A stretch of DNA of 63,892 nt, filler included. It is 18 parts of 18 records of this genome, joined end to end, with 100 filler letters (N's around TTAATTAATTAA, not from the genome) between each part and the next. Parts side by side here need not be neighbours in the genome. Positions count along the whole stretch, not along the records: positions 49,836 to 55,320 come from SRR9188676_605; positions 55,421 to 57,510 come from SRR9188676_705; positions 57,611 to 61,478 come from SRR9188676_725; positions 61,579 to 63,892 come from SRR9188676_837; 14 more parts are not named here. One strand, written 5' to 3'. Shown here one piece after another: positions 50,347-63,892 of this stretch. Below the pieces are notes generated by a model that saw only the letters and a list, made by a program, of their open reading frames with translations, had not been told where the DNA came from and did not search any database. Each line of letters opens with the position of its first letter. The stretch's first letter is position 1. The translations under genes and the position numbers were made by a program.

Positions 50347-52388
50347 ATGCATTTACATGATACCGAACCACTAGGCAATGGTGCTGTGACCATCCGCCGT
50401 ACTTGGCTTTCCAATCGGCCGTTTGCTCAGAGTTTTACTGACCTCGATCACGAGAAATTTGAACTTTTAACAAAGTATGACTCGATTTCATTTTTCCTCA
50501 TCAGTCCCAGACATTTATTTTGCATCTCCTCCCTCCTGTTTCTAGTGTCTCGAATGGAACTTCACTCTCAGAAGATGACGGAGAATCATCTGTTGATTTC
50601 GAGCTCTTGAGGCGACCGTCACTTCAGAAACCCGAGGATTTTGCTAAAGCTCCACAGACGAAAACTCTCGATATTCGCGGTTTTTTATACAAGCTTGATG
50701 CAATCTTTGGGCTTTTATGGCTTGATCGATATTTCTGCGTTCAAGCGGACCGACTCTGTTGGTATACTGTACGTTTGATCGTTTTTCACACTTCCAATAA
50801 GCTGAATATAGTACTGATCACTTCTTTGTCTCCTTTACTTGCAGTATTCAAGGCCATTTCTCACATGTGGACTCTCCCTCCAACACGATATTGAACTGGA
50901 AGGGGATGATAGCATATCTCTCAAGGATGTGACAGAAATAGAATATGTGGGCACGGTTCGTGGGCGTCAACACTGCTTCAATATCCATTATCTCGAGGAC
51001 AATCGGTTGTTTTCAGTCACCGTACATGCACCCACTCTTCCTGATGCGAATCACTGGATTGATTGCTTGCGAATGGCGCTAGAAGATATGCGCCGGCCTG
51101 ATCCATTCCAGGAGCGTGCTTTGCGCTATTTCCCACAAAATGAAAAGAAAGTTTTGGCACCGGGTCTTTCTCGCACCCCTCGACAAGCTTGCATCACAGG
51201 CAGCTACACAGTTCGCGAGAAAAAGTTCCCTTATGTGCGCCATACCAAATATTATGTGACTGTCACTGCTTTCAGTATTACAGTGGAGCACAGATACAAG
51301 TGAGTCCCTTTCTCTGTGCACACCTATCTCATAGTCTCGTTCTATGAATGCAATGCTGTCTAGTTTTCCCTCTCGTTCATCTGCTCATCCATGGTCTTCA
51401 TCGGGTGATTTCCTCCCCTCCTCATCCATATCCCTTCCGCCAGTCGACACTTCTGCTCCCAATTTTCTCTCATGGAGCACTCTTGCTTTCTTTCTCTCCA
51501 TTCTAAACAGCGATTTCGATGAACTTGCGGGGCGTTTGCTCGCAGCAGGCTGGACCCCGACTGATTGTGACGGCCTTGATGGCATCGATGGACTCGATCC
51601 CGTTACAGCCTCCAGCCTTTCTTCAGTCCTTTCAGGCCTTTCTACCTCTTGTATCATCGCACCTGGTGGCAGCTCAAAACCGAAGACTTTGAAAAAGATC
51701 CCAAAACTGCCCCCTAAAGCATTCTTTAATATGCATGTAAGTTTCCGATCTCGCACTCTTGGCCTTTGTTATTTAATTCACAACTTGTACTCCCAATCCG
51801 ACGAGTTGTGCTTCTCCTCTCCCCCCCTTTCCACTCAAGTTTTTATGTTGATATGTTTGCGATTTCTAACTACAGTACAAGTTTGTCAAGACGCGCGAGG
51901 CGAAGCTGAACAAGTTCTTGCAAACTCTGGTGGCGGGGACTGATGCACTGTTAGTACACCAAGACCCCTTGCGACAGGTGCACAAGCTAACCCCTGCGGG
52001 CCAGATCATCCGTGATTTCTTCATCCCCAAGCATCTGTCCGACCACCTTACCAACACCACCACCCAATTCATTGCGGACTCTGATTCTGACGACTGCGAC
52101 CCCGCAGCCCAGTGCAATGCCAATGCATGCCTCTTATCTACTACCACTAGCTCTCATACTGATACATGCAATACTCACGAAGCGAATGTAGTATCTAGTA
52201 GTCAGGCTGCTACCGCTACTGCGAGCACCACCACGAGCACATCCATGATTGTTCAGAACGATAACATCACCACAGACTCACAAGTATGTTGTAGTTCTAT
52301 TCCTCAAAGCCATGTGCTGAGTGCCAACAACAACGCTGATGAAGTCATCGTACTTTCTTGCTCGCTCTCTGCGCCTACCTCTGTATAA
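50347..52388 (+). CDS. PH + PX domain protein, 5 exons
   Basis: IRGFLYKL..WLDRYF...DANHWIDCL (PH); YYVTV...VEHRY|NDFDEL...PKLPPK...REAKLNKFLQ (PX). Confidence 0.85.
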
Positions 52389-53487
52389 TACTCATAATAT
52401 CATATTCATCTTCCCATCCACCTGTATTTGTTCCTGTTGTCGATCACTGTCGCTGTATATCTGTCTGAAACTCTGTGCGTTGTTATTTTTGTGTCTTGTT
52501 AGCACTCACATAACACCCGATTGATATCTCACATATTTGCATGAGTACGAAATCATCGTACTATTTATTTATTCTTGACTTATTTATAAAGACATCTTTT
52601 ATTACGACATTATATCCAGAATGTGCAGAATGTGGGCTTATAATCTATCTATTCATCTATTTATTACGCTCTACCTTCATTGTGTTTAATTTAGATTTAC
52701 ATTTATATCCTGCCTCTTTTAAGATCAATATATTCTATCCAATCTGGGCTTCATTATTTATATATCCAATTATTTTGGTGATTTAGAAGCTCATTTATTT
52801 ATTATCCTCTAACTTTCCGCCCACCCCTTTGGACAAGAAGGCCAAAGAATATGTAGTGCGAATAGAAACCTTCCGCACAATATTCCTCGGTCTTTTTCCC
52901 CCCACTCTCGAAACCATTTCATTGTCTTCTTCACGTCACGAAGAAGTGACCTATGATCGCATTATCTTTTGGCCCCTTGTCGATTTTTGTATATTCTATT
53001 CTTGTTTGTTTCTTTTGCTTCTTTTCCTCTTTGTTTGTTTCAAGTTTGTTTCCCTTGTCACTTCTTTCGTTTCATTTGCATTCTTTCGATCATCACGATG
53101 CTGCGATGGTGCACAACAATGAAATTCCTACCGGCAGTTACAATTTCTTGCTGCTGTTGCCTGTGAGGATTCAATAAAGAAATGACCTGTTTTGCCTCAA
53201 GTGTGAACCGAATTCAAACGATTTTGATTATTTCATTCTAGGATTGAAGAGTTCGTCCAGAGGGGAAGATCAAATTGTGTCATGGAGGTTTATTTTTGTT
53301 AAATTGTAGGGTGGTGAATAGTGAAAAAGAAATTTGAGCGTTGTGATCTTCGCTCCTACATACAAAATGTAATAAGTACATCTTCATTTATCTGGTATCT
53401 GAGTAGCACATGAGCAATGCGCACGACGTCGCTCACATCAGAAGTGGTCACAACAGGATAAATTCATCTCGCGAACGAGAATATTGG

Positions 53488-54542
53488 TTACACGTGTGTC
53501 TCGTTCATTTCAATGCTGGTGCTTGATGCGTTCTTCATACCACCACCAAAGGGAGAGGCTGGGATCCGTTCGTGTTCGCTGCGATCAAGGTCCACCAGCT
53601 GCGATGCAACGAGCCGAAGGAAAACCAACGAGGAGAGCTAAAAGGAGAAGATGAGCACACCTGTCAGGGGCTCTGAAAGGACGAGGAAAACTTACCCAAA
53701 CCCCCAATAAGAACCCCATCACCACATCTGTTGGGGAATGATCATGCTCAACGATGCGAGATGCTCCGATGAATAGTGAAGCGATCAAAGGTATTAAGAA
53801 CAGCGGGAACAGGGTGTGAAGCATTTGATTAGACCAGTCATGTCGAGGCCTTGCATGTCGGAAGTAAATTGCATGGATCATATACAAGGTCAGGAACCAT
53901 CCAATACTCATCGATAAGCTTGCGTGACCTGAGGGGAAGGAGCGTCTTCCACCAGAGAAGATTCCGCCAGCACCTGAACATAGCATCACTTTAGAACAAT
54001 GCAGCGTGTAGCAGATCTCGGAGGTGTGGTTTTCCCTTACCTCGATCGCACTCCAATCGCATGGAGCTTTTAATTTCCTGAAAAGTATCGCCTTGATTCA
54101 GACAACGCTGGATGTAATCAGGGCGTGGTTCTCCGACATAGAATTTCATGATTTGTAGGATGCCAAGGGTCCATAAAAACGATTCGATAATCGCAAAAAA
54201 CACAGCAGCAGCCTTGAGCCACGGAGTTTGACTGATTTGAGGCTTTCTACTAGGGCTGGCATGTTTCGAAGAGGACTCTTCAGGATGACCGGCAATGTAA
54301 TATCTTTCAATCAGGTATGGCACAAGGAAGGAGAAAATGCCTCCCACCACTGGAATCGTCCAAAAAGGGACAATATCCCCTTCTGAGTAAGGATACGAGA
54401 ACTCAGGCTGATCGACATAAAGTGGCCAAGTTCGTGGAGTTGGGCGGTACATCGTGATAAAGACCGAAACGATTGCAAAGATTAACGAGACCAGAAGAGA
54501 AGACCATGCTATACGACGGGAGGAAAGTATATGATGAGACAT
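53488..54542 (-). CDS. PAP2 lipid phosphate phosphatase, 3 exons
   Basis: All three motifs present: KFYVGEPRP, SFPSGH, SRIVEHDHSPTD. Confidence 0.92.
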
Positions 54543-55917
54543 TGTGAACGACCGAGAAATTTGCAAATGAAAAAGAAATCGATTTGAATTTTCTCTGTTC
54601 AGCCCCCCCTAATTTTACGAACTTATCTCATAAAAAGCACACATTGGGGGGGTAAAACAAAAATGTACGCTATGATTCTATGATTCCAAAACGATCATGC
54701 ATTCTACAACTAACAGGTCTTCATAACTACATGTTTGTCGACGTACTGTGCTGGTCCTCTTCCTGTCGAAGGATTCCCACATGTTCTGAGACTCGATCCA
54801 TTCTTCCGTCCAGTCAGAGGGGAGTAGGTTCCTAGTTATCTACTATAGCGGAACAAATTGAGATGCTGGCATTCCTTGGAATTACCGACAAATGCTACGC
54901 TTCTTCTCCTAAGAAACGCACTTGAGATTCAAGAAAACCTCATCAAACTGGTCACTTACTCCGTCGTACTTCCCTCCATCTGCCTCTTTGTCGACTCCTG
55001 ATGATTCCATGATTTCTTCACATAATGTGTCTATCAGATGGATCTCTCTACTCTCTCCTTTCTATTTGGTGATACATGAAGCATTTTTCATCATCTGGCT
55101 CCTGTATTATTGTGAAAGCCAAGAAAGCGACGACAGACGATGAGAAAAAACAGCTGTTGTTGTCCCTCAAAAAGTGTCCACAACGTGGGAAACTATCCGA
55201 ATTATCTCATAGTCGGTTGGCATTTGGCACGAATGACTGTTGGCTGAGAAAAACCAGACCCGACTCAGGATGCCTAAATCCCTTCTGATGATCCCTTCGA
55301 TAAGCGTCGATCGGCATTTCNNNNNNNNNNNNNNNNNNNNNNNNNNNNNNNNNNNNNNNNNNNNTTAATTAATTAANNNNNNNNNNNNNNNNNNNNNNNN
55401 NNNNNNNNNNNNNNNNNNNNCCATCCCCATCCCCATCCCCATCCCCTTCCATGTCGACATCCATGTCCATGCCGTGTGACTCAGGAACAGGACTGCAGAA
55501 TTAATAAGCACATATATACATAAATAAGCTCGTCCTGGATAGAATATGCTGATCTTAAAAGCACATATATCAGGAGCTAAGAAATGAAAATAGCCATCCA
55601 TTCACAGGCTTATTTGAGGGTCCTGAAATGAGTTTGTATATCTGACACAACAAAAACTTCTAGAATTCATTTAACAGTCGCATCGAACATAGTTATGACA
55701 TGAAAAAGGAAATTTGAGCGGTTAACATAAAAGTATATATCTGTTGGGGAGAAAGAAACCATGAACTACGAGAAGAAAATTAAATAGCATAAACAAGAGC
55801 AGAACAAGAAGCATTAGGTGGATGTGGAATCGAGATTGGAGGTAGTGGAGGTAGGTGAGGGAGAGAAAATGCATCAAGGCACGATAGGAGGGTATGACTA
55901 GGAAAAGAGAACTTACA

Positions 55918-57094
55918 CATGCTGCTCAGTGTATGATTCCATATCTACATCAGCATCCGGGGGGACAGGCTCATCCCCACCTGCACTGCTCACACTCACA
56001 CCTCCAGCAGAACTCGAAGCAGCCTGGGGAGTACTGGTGCCTGATTTCTTGAACATTGCCTGCAGGGCAGCATTCATGGCCTTTGAGGCCGGAGTGGTGG
56101 TGGTTTTCTTCGCTTTCTGGGCGCTGCTGCCGGGCTCAGCTGAGGTTTTGGACTTAGTTTTTTTTGAGGAAGATGGTTGCTGGGTCATCTCCTGGTCAAA
56201 GGTAGCCTGTAGGTCCCGAGCAATATCGCCCTCGGGCTCCTCCGGGCCACTAGGGTGTGTGGACTTAGCGGATTTTGCAGCCTTGGAAGACGAGTCAGTG
56301 AAGCGCGGGACAAGGGGTCTGGAGGTGCTGGCTGAGCTGGAGGGGGTCGGGGAGGGCGAGGGTGTTGATAATGAACTCGTCTTGATGGTCTGTATGGGTA
56401 GCGAAGGACCAGAACATAGAGTAAAAGCACATTGATTAACCAAAGTAAACCAGAATTGGTCGAGTGTCATGACGAACAACCGACTGGAGCACTAAAATTA
56501 CGAGATTGTCCGGGATTTCGCCTCTGAGAGTACGTCGTATTTTCATGAAAACACACATGTTTGTTCTCGATGTAAAATTTAAATAGAAGTCAGTTTACAC
56601 AGTTCACAAGCTTCTTCGGGAGATCGCGACAGAGGAGTCATGTCTCAATCTACCACATGAATGTTTTAACGATGTAGAGAACTTTCTTGAGCCAAAATTT
56701 TATAAAGGAGGAAGGATCAAAGCAGTTATTCTAACTTCGACTGGAGCTTGCTTTGAATGGATACCTTATAGTCCTCCGAGGCTGAAGCGGGTGTCACACC
56801 TTTCACATAAAACCTGAAGAAGGTCGCAAATGAAGAAACCGTGAGCACAATGAATCACCGGAGAACAAAGTGTCTACATAGGGAATGAACAAACAAACTC
56901 ACACGTTACCCCCCCATTTTTTTATATATCAATAGAGCAGGGGCTAAAACAAGCAGATGAGAATGAAGGATGATAAACGAAGAGTAGAATATGTATGTAT
57001 GGAGTGTTGAGAGGAACATCAATACTCACTTGAATGTGGTGCTCTTATTGATGACATGCTGAACGCGGAAAATCTTGCCTGCATCCTCCAAATC
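55918..57094 (-). CDS. Hypothetical protein, internal exons
   Basis: DLEDAGKIFRVQHVINKSTTF|KFYVKG...|S/T/K-rich exon; GT-AG boundaries. Confidence 0.45.
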
Positions 57095-57728
57095 CTGTAA
57101 CAGAGAAAGAATGGTAATATCATCAGAAATCGTCTAAATAAAATAAGCTCACAATTACAAATTAGATGAATTCGTTAATACGCCGAGAAGAGCAACGGAA
57201 AAAAAAGAGAGAAGGAGGAGGAGAAGAGGGAGAGGAAAAAAATGTCGAACAATCACGAAGCATCACTCGATTCATGTGCTCAGAACAATGGGAGGTGAAT
57301 GCAAGAGGTTGATGAGGCAGGGGAAGGAAACCATACCCGCAAATAGCGCTCAACACGTTTGCGGTCCAAGCTCATGTCTCTGTTTCGCCAAAGGGATGGA
57401 TACACAGGCACATACAGAGAGATAGAAAGAGATAAATAAGCTCATAAATTGCCACAAAATAGTACTTTTAAACGACTGTCAGGTTTCCGAGGAGAGCACG
57501 GACCGAGGGCNNNNNNNNNNNNNNNNNNNNNNNNNNNNNNNNNNNNNNNNNNNNTTAATTAATTAANNNNNNNNNNNNNNNNNNNNNNNNNNNNNNNNNN
57601 NNNNNNNNNNAAAAAAGGGTCCCCCCCCCCCCCCCCCCCCCCAAGATGAAGCAGGACAAGGAAATGCGAGTTAAACACCCAGAAACAAAATGATTGATCG
57701 GAACGACGCGAACGAAATGAGAGCGTAC

Positions 57729-59302
57729 CAAATTCGCCTCATCGACGAGCAGCCAGACTGACTTCACCCCTTCACTCTTGCGCAGTGTTTGAATATAGTG
57801 GTAGAAGGAAACGGCATCAAATGTGACAAGATTCCAGAGCAGCTTGCGCAAAGTCTTCAAGTCTGTAACAATTTGTTTTGTTTTGGATCCAATCTGAAAC
57901 AGAAGATGGAGATTATAAATAACTTTATAAAATTAGAAATTAAGCATGTGTACATAACAGGTGTGGCAAAAAAAAAAAAATAGATATAAAAATGTGGATT
58001 CGATCGGTGGAAAAAGTGAATAATGGAAGAGAGATAGAGGGATCTAACAGAATAATTCAGTAGGTCTGATGAATTCTAAAAGCGAGAGAAAATTAGCGCT
58101 AAAGAGGGAGGGGAAGTAGAAGGAACAAAGGGAGTGAAAATGATGCGTGTATCTCCAAGACAAGAAGATCAATTGAGATGGGAAATTAGAAGACATTGAC
58201 GTGCTGATGAAACATCAAGAGAGTTTAATCGAAATGAGAGCAAAACTAGCGAGATGATGATGATGAATAAATACGCCCACGATGCAGGAGAATTTTTCAA
58301 CTGAAAGATCAGCAGAATAAAGAAGAAGGGATGCAGAATAGATAGTAGGAGAAATGGACAGACCTGATGCCAAATCGGACTCAGTTGACTCCGAAGCTGA
58401 AAGTCAAAAGATGTTGTCAGTGCATTTTCCACAGAGAGGTTATTGGCGTCAATGGAAGGGTTTGTCCGTTTTAGTTCATTCAAGCAAATGGAGATGACAG
58501 AAATAATGGACGCTTGGATTTGCTCCATGCCAGGAGTCATGGGCTGTTTCAGTTCAATTAGGTGGGGTTGGTGCTGTTCAAAGCATTGTTGGACTGAAAG
58601 ATGGAATCTTGGGCATAGATATAGTTTCGTAATGCAGAGCATTTTCAGCAGCTTCTCGGCTTTATGGAACTCGTTTCCAAAAGACTCAGGATGTTCAGAG
58701 AATGCCTTAATGAAAATTCTTCGTTCTTTAGTAAGATTGGGATTTCCTCCTGTTTCAGTCAGGTCTACCACATGGCGATTTCCCACTTTGATCGGAACAC
58801 CCAAATCAGCTGTTTCCTGTTCGCGAATAATTCGTGCCGTGGTGCCTGTCATGCTGTTGATCTCGGCCGCTTGTTGGCGTAACAAGCGAAGGATGAAGCA
58901 TTCATTACCGGTATCAGTGAGTGTATGCGCATCATTTACGATAATTCCGCATAGCTTTTCAATCGGAATGCGCTTACATAGCAAATCAACGACAAGGATT
59001 CGAGAAGTAATGATGAAAATCCCGCCCGTCGAGTAGATCTGCTGTCTTTGGGATGATGTGAAATCATTGTCAATTCTTTTCGGACAGTAGTCATTCCCTT
59101 GCAATGAAAGTTCCTCGATGAGAAAGTCTTCTTGTAATTGCGAAAAGTTCAGCAGAAGCAGAATTTTGCCTCGAACGGCACATCGAAGAATGACTTTTTG
59201 AATGATCGAGTATAAACCGAGCCCTCGTGCGAGAACCAAGAGACCATCCTCTTTCTCGAGATCATCCACAAGATCTTTATGAAAATCAAGCTCCTTGACC
59301 AT
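57729..59302 (-). CDS. ERCC4: XPF/Rad1 structure-specific endonuclease, N-terminal part
   Basis: DGLLVLARGLGL, ITSRILVVDLL, ECFILRL, IKAFSE, PRFH, LSPIWHQ, DLKTLRKLL..LVTFDAVSF. Confidence 0.93.
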
Positions 59303-59554
59303 GCAAGCTGAGAGATTGTGCTTGATTCTGGTTCGTGTATTTTCTTAGGTCATGTGACACGAAATTGTTTCTATTTTTGTGAACCGTTGGAATCTTCTCG
59401 AACTTCTTCGAACTTTTTTTCGAACAGTTTCTCTGCTATCCCCGGCTGTACTGAACCCCGTTGCGTGGATTTCGTGGCTTTGTTTCGTGCAACTGCCGTG
59501 TCTTTGACTCTGTTCATGAAGAACTGAAAGAACGAGTGATTTATTCAGTATTAA

Positions 59555-61234
59555 ATGGCTCTTGTGGCCGCAGGTCTTGTGAGTGCAGCCACAGGCTTCG
59601 CTGTGAGCCACTTTGCAGAAATCAACTCTGCAACACTCAGCGGTGCAATTGATATTGTCGTTGTAAAAGATGAGCAGGGTGAATTTAAATCATCCCCGTT
59701 TCATGTTCGGTTTGGAAAACTTCGATTGCTTCGAAGTCGCGAGAAAATTGTACGAATGTGTTTGCGTTCGCATGAGCAAGAAATCCTCATTATTGATGTT
59801 TTAGGTCCAAATCTTTGTCAACGATGAGCTTGCCGGCTTCGTAATGAAGCTAGGTGTTGCAGGAGATGCACATTTTGTGGAAGAGACTGAAGAAGATGTC
59901 GCATCCGATTACTCTACCTCCCCTGTTTTATCGCCTGAAATCATGGTCAAAGAAGCCCCTGGTACAGCGAAAGTGAGTCTACGAAATCTACTCATTCAGA
60001 ATTTTAGAAGCACTGTCTGTTGATAATCTGATTGCTACATTCCATTAGTACTGAAGTTACGTTGATGTACTTTTGTTTTTCCCTTTCATCATCCGGCCTT
60101 TACATCCAGTTGCGCTTAATTTTATCAGCATTTTATGTTCTATCCGGAATCCTGATCTTCCTTCCTCTCTTCTCTAGATGGAGCCTCTCCAGCTGGGATC
60201 AGCGATTGCTGAAACCACGACAGTGACACAACGGTCTCAATTGCATTTCTCTATCTCGAGCACAAGCTTAACATCACTTAATGACCAGGTACATCTATTT
60301 ATATCCTCCTGAAGTTTTGCTCTGACAAAACGTATTATCTGACAAGAGTCCTTATCAGTCAAAAAAAAGATCATGAAATGATTGGCGATTTTCCACTTCT
60401 TCCGCTCATCCTACATGTTCCTCTCCATTATTCTTTCTGATTTTTCATCTCTCCCTTGCATCTCCCTTGTTCAGAAACTGCCGCAAGAAGTCCACACAGA
60501 GGATGAGTTTTTCATCGAAGTGCCCAATACATCGGACCCCATGCTTGAAGAGCAGAGGCAGTCCGTGAGCGATGACGAGCGTGATGTAGACGATGAGGGT
60601 TCAGAGGGCTGGGTCACCGAGGAACTGGAAAGAAAACTGAGACAGCAGCAGAAACAGGAAATGAAAATGAGATCCATGTCTGAGGTTCGTACATGCAAGT
60701 CCACTCTAGTATGATATGTTCGAGTGATGAGCTGAAAATAACACTGATTGGTTGTATGGTTCTTCCATGAACCTTTATGTGAACTTTACTGAAATTCTCC
60801 TTGTCGTGAAACTGGATGTTGAAGTTCGGGTACCACGCGAGCCAACAAAACATCATATGGATCGAATCATTTTTGACCTCATTTTTTCTTATCTGCTGCC
60901 ACACAGGATTTAACAAGTACAACCTTTGGTTGGCCTATCATTCGGCTAATCTTGATATTTAAATTCATATTTTACAAGTGGTGTCGTCGCTATTCTGCTT
61001 TATCCAACAGTTCATTTTGTTGTGGCCTGATCACGCATACGCATCTCTTTTGCCCCACAGGGAGATAGCTCGAAGCTGAGAGCAGTGAGCAGTTTTGGCG
61101 ATTACACTGACGGATCAGACTCCGAATGTGGTGTGTCCTTGAAGCCGAGTGCGGACCTTGCTATGGTCACTGCAACCACTACTACCACTACCACCACTAC
61201 CACAAAAATGTTGCTGGATCAAAGCAAACTTCCG
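59555..61234 (+). CDS. Lipin/Pah1 phosphatidate phosphatase, N-terminal part
   Basis: [15 protein letters not shown]...[11 protein letters not shown]...[14 protein letters not shown] (N-LIP domain). Confidence 0.92.
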
Positions 61235-62481
61235 GTATGTGTCCCTCTTCGATGAAACTGGTCCATCATCTATTTTATTTATTTTGGAATTTGATTCCTA
61301 TTTGTGATAATGAACGTTGTGGAAGACAAAAAAAGATGAGCCAATAAGCTCGGCCACAATTTCATTTTTCAAATTTTTGGAAATGTATTTATTTGTCGAA
61401 ATATTGAACAGCAACGACCCGTGCCCAGAGTCTGATACACCCGCATTATTGCTCATTGTGAAAACAATAAATGATGATNNNNNNNNNNNNNNNNNNNNNN
61501 NNNNNNNNNNNNNNNNNNNNNNTTAATTAATTAANNNNNNNNNNNNNNNNNNNNNNNNNNNNNNNNNNNNNNNNNNNNCCTCTCATTGGATATACACAAG
61601 TGTAATAATATATATAAAAAAAAATAGAGCTCATGTTACCGAAGCGATTGTCCAACCAAGAATATTAAGTTCTGGTATCTGATGTTGAGTGCAAATTTCT
61701 AGATACTTTCATGTCTCAAGTAAACTTTTACATTCTAGTTTCCTTCATGCATCATAAATGGACGAGGTGAGAAATGCGACGAAAATCATTTGAGGGCAAG
61801 CTGGGGAACGTCGAGGGCGCAACTATTCACTTTTCCAAAGCTGGCTTTTCATCTCAACAGGTTTTTAGTCTTCATGGTGGACTCGAAATGAATATATTGG
61901 GCACATAAAAATTCTCTGCTCTGCGAAGATTCAAATGACTCGCCTGTCATCAGTTTCAGCTGCGGTCACTCGCTCTGTCTCAAGCAGCATAACCATAAGG
62001 AGTTCATTCACCATTAGGTTCTTTGGTGGAGAGTCCCTGATCTCACATTTTCAGGTGGAGTTAAATGCGAGACTGATAGAAGCTGATAGAAGCTAACAAT
62101 GTCAGATCACACCAAACCCCATCGAGTCGTCAAAACTGCCCCGAGTCATGTGGTCACATTGGAACCTGTATGAAAGGGGTTTGCAAAGAAGAGATCGTCT
62201 TGATACATTTCCTGCCACTAAGAATCAGACATCCCTGACGATCTACGGAAGATCTATCCTCTCTAAATACTCTTCATATTTCCCGCTGAAAATAGTTCTT
62301 GAGACTTGTTGTCTTGTGCTAATTAATTCCAGATTCTCGGATTTGTTCTCCAATTGTATACTCCTCATTTCTTATCTTTGCCGGCGAAACATTCTCCGAA
62401 AGAATGGCAGTCCAGAGATATCGATCTATATGGATATCGCACACTGTCTTCGATTCAAAAGGGCCCGGACTTTTTGCCTCA

Positions 62482-63823
62482 CCTTTGTCCTTGCAGAACT
62501 CGAGCTGGATGTACAGGGGGGTGCCGCCTGCGAGCTCAATGGATGGGCCGTACGTATCAAAAAATGGCTCCATTACAATACCCTAAACACAGGCACAGAT
62601 GAGCAGCAAGGATAGTTAGAATGGAATTTTGTTGATATTTTTATGCCAAAAATTCGAACTTTTTTTGGAAGCGGGTGATTAATGTGACCGCTACCTTATG
62701 TTCACAAGTCTGGTAAAATACGAAGAAGTTAGCTTCCGAGCTTTCCTGACTCTCGACTAAAAGAATGGGGGGGATCAAAGAAAACACAGGCTAGCTCTCA
62801 TATCAATCATCCAATTCCAAAAGCGATTGAAGAATCAATTTTCATCTTTCGTCAACGCTGTGTGTGCTGATTCACCAGATCCATTGACCAAGGAAGTTAA
62901 TCGAATAAGCAGCAGAAAAATTTATCTATAAGCTCCTCCAGAATTCATCAAGTATCCAGAGGCCGGGGCGCATCGCACCTCCATTACATTCAGCAGTGCC
63001 ATCTTTTAGGAATCATTTTCATGCAAATGCGCAATGTACATATTCACCTTTTCACCGGGATTGATCAGGGCCTGACATGTGGCATATATAGCCTCTTGTG
63101 CGCCATTCGTAACCACAACATTTGCTGGTGCGAGCTCACGCCCGAAGCACGGCCTGTATGATGTTTTTATCAGCGTGATTATCAGAAACTCGAGTGCGAT
63201 ATGGCTCGATAATATTTCAAGCAGATTTCATGTAAGAAACATTCTACGGCTCAAAGATGGCCGCATTTTCATCAGAGCAGGATATATCGCAGCATACACT
63301 CATACAAAGCCATAATACGTATTATATTAGAGCTACCAAAAAATGAGCGGGAGAAAATTTCTTACGAGTAGAAATCGATGATGGACTTTACGAAGGTTGG
63401 GTTTCCGTAAGGTGAGGTGTATTGGAGATGGCCATCCATAATCGCCTTGCATGCAGCCTCCTTAATGAACATTTCAGTGTCAAAGTTTGGCACCCCCTGC
63501 CCGAGGTTGACGGAATTGTGCTTCGCAGCGAGCGCCGAGTATTCAGTGAACACTGACTTCTTGAGTCGGGAGATCCGATCGCTGGCTGGAATTATATGGG
63601 ATTTAAGATAATATGAGATAAATACTGCAGGGAAAAGTGATGAATTCTAGCGAGTTGGTACGATGAGCTCAATTGATGCTGGTTAACAAAAGATCAAGAT
63701 GAAATTTGGAGGGAAATGAGAAAACCAACCTCGATTTGTAGTCGTAGACATGTTCGAAGCAGCGGAGAGGTTTAAAGCTGATGAAATTCGCTTCGAGGAT
63801 TGTCTGATGATGGACGTCCACAT
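62482..63823 (-). CDS. Kynurenine aminotransferase/glutamine transaminase K-like, 5' part
   Basis: SVFTEYSALAAKHNSVNLGQGVP, QYT..YG, VVVTNGAQEAI, MEPFFDTY. Confidence 0.9.
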
Positions 63824-63892
63824 TCAGCTGCGCTCAAGCTTTGTCAATCTCTGAAATTCGGTCACACACACCCGCCCAGTGCCTGTGGCACT

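Noticed and set aside
54840..55290. Possible + strand gene fragment
   Set aside because: No phase-consistent, stop-free exon chain or recognisable motif could be built
55421..55446. (CCATCC)n, and (GGAA)n near 6970-6998, at contig ends as telomeres
   Set aside because: Short simple microsatellites that explain assembly breaks
56750..56770. GTATCC donor suggesting a U12-type intron
   Set aside because: It reads GTATCCAT rather than GTATCCTT, and no CCTTAAC branch site is seen near the acceptor; no AT-AC introns were found in the window

Overview
This window is not one locus. It holds 18 short contigs (about 2-5.5 kb) joined by an artificial 100-bp spacer (44 N + TTAATTAATTAA + 44 N). The DNA comes from an intron-rich, compact-genome microbial eukaryote with GT-AG introns and the standard genetic code; NME7 suggests it is flagellated. 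Splicing by eye gives about 25 mostly partial genes: ZCCHC8-like, RCC1-repeat, Derlin, cation/H+ antiporter, secreted epoxide-hydrolase-family enzyme, MATE, Frizzled-CRD protein, NME7, VPS13-like, ARM-repeat, LTV1, BOD1/Shg1-like, PMCA, EGF protein, CobD-like PLP enzyme, P2X-like channel, bromodomain, a trypsin-like protease whose exons the ORF track mostly misses, Hsp20, PH-PX, PAP2, XPF, lipin and kynurenine aminotransferase. There is also a tRNA 3' half. The most unusual signals are: (1) degenerate 'echo' copies of exons lying in neighbouring introns or flanks of several unrelated genes; (2) a 172-bp inverted-repeat element carrying TTTTAGGG telomere-type repeats inside one of these introns; (3) a TA-flanked MITE family; (4) introns placed directly after the start ATG in three genes. 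All family calls come from recognising motifs by eye, not from database searches.
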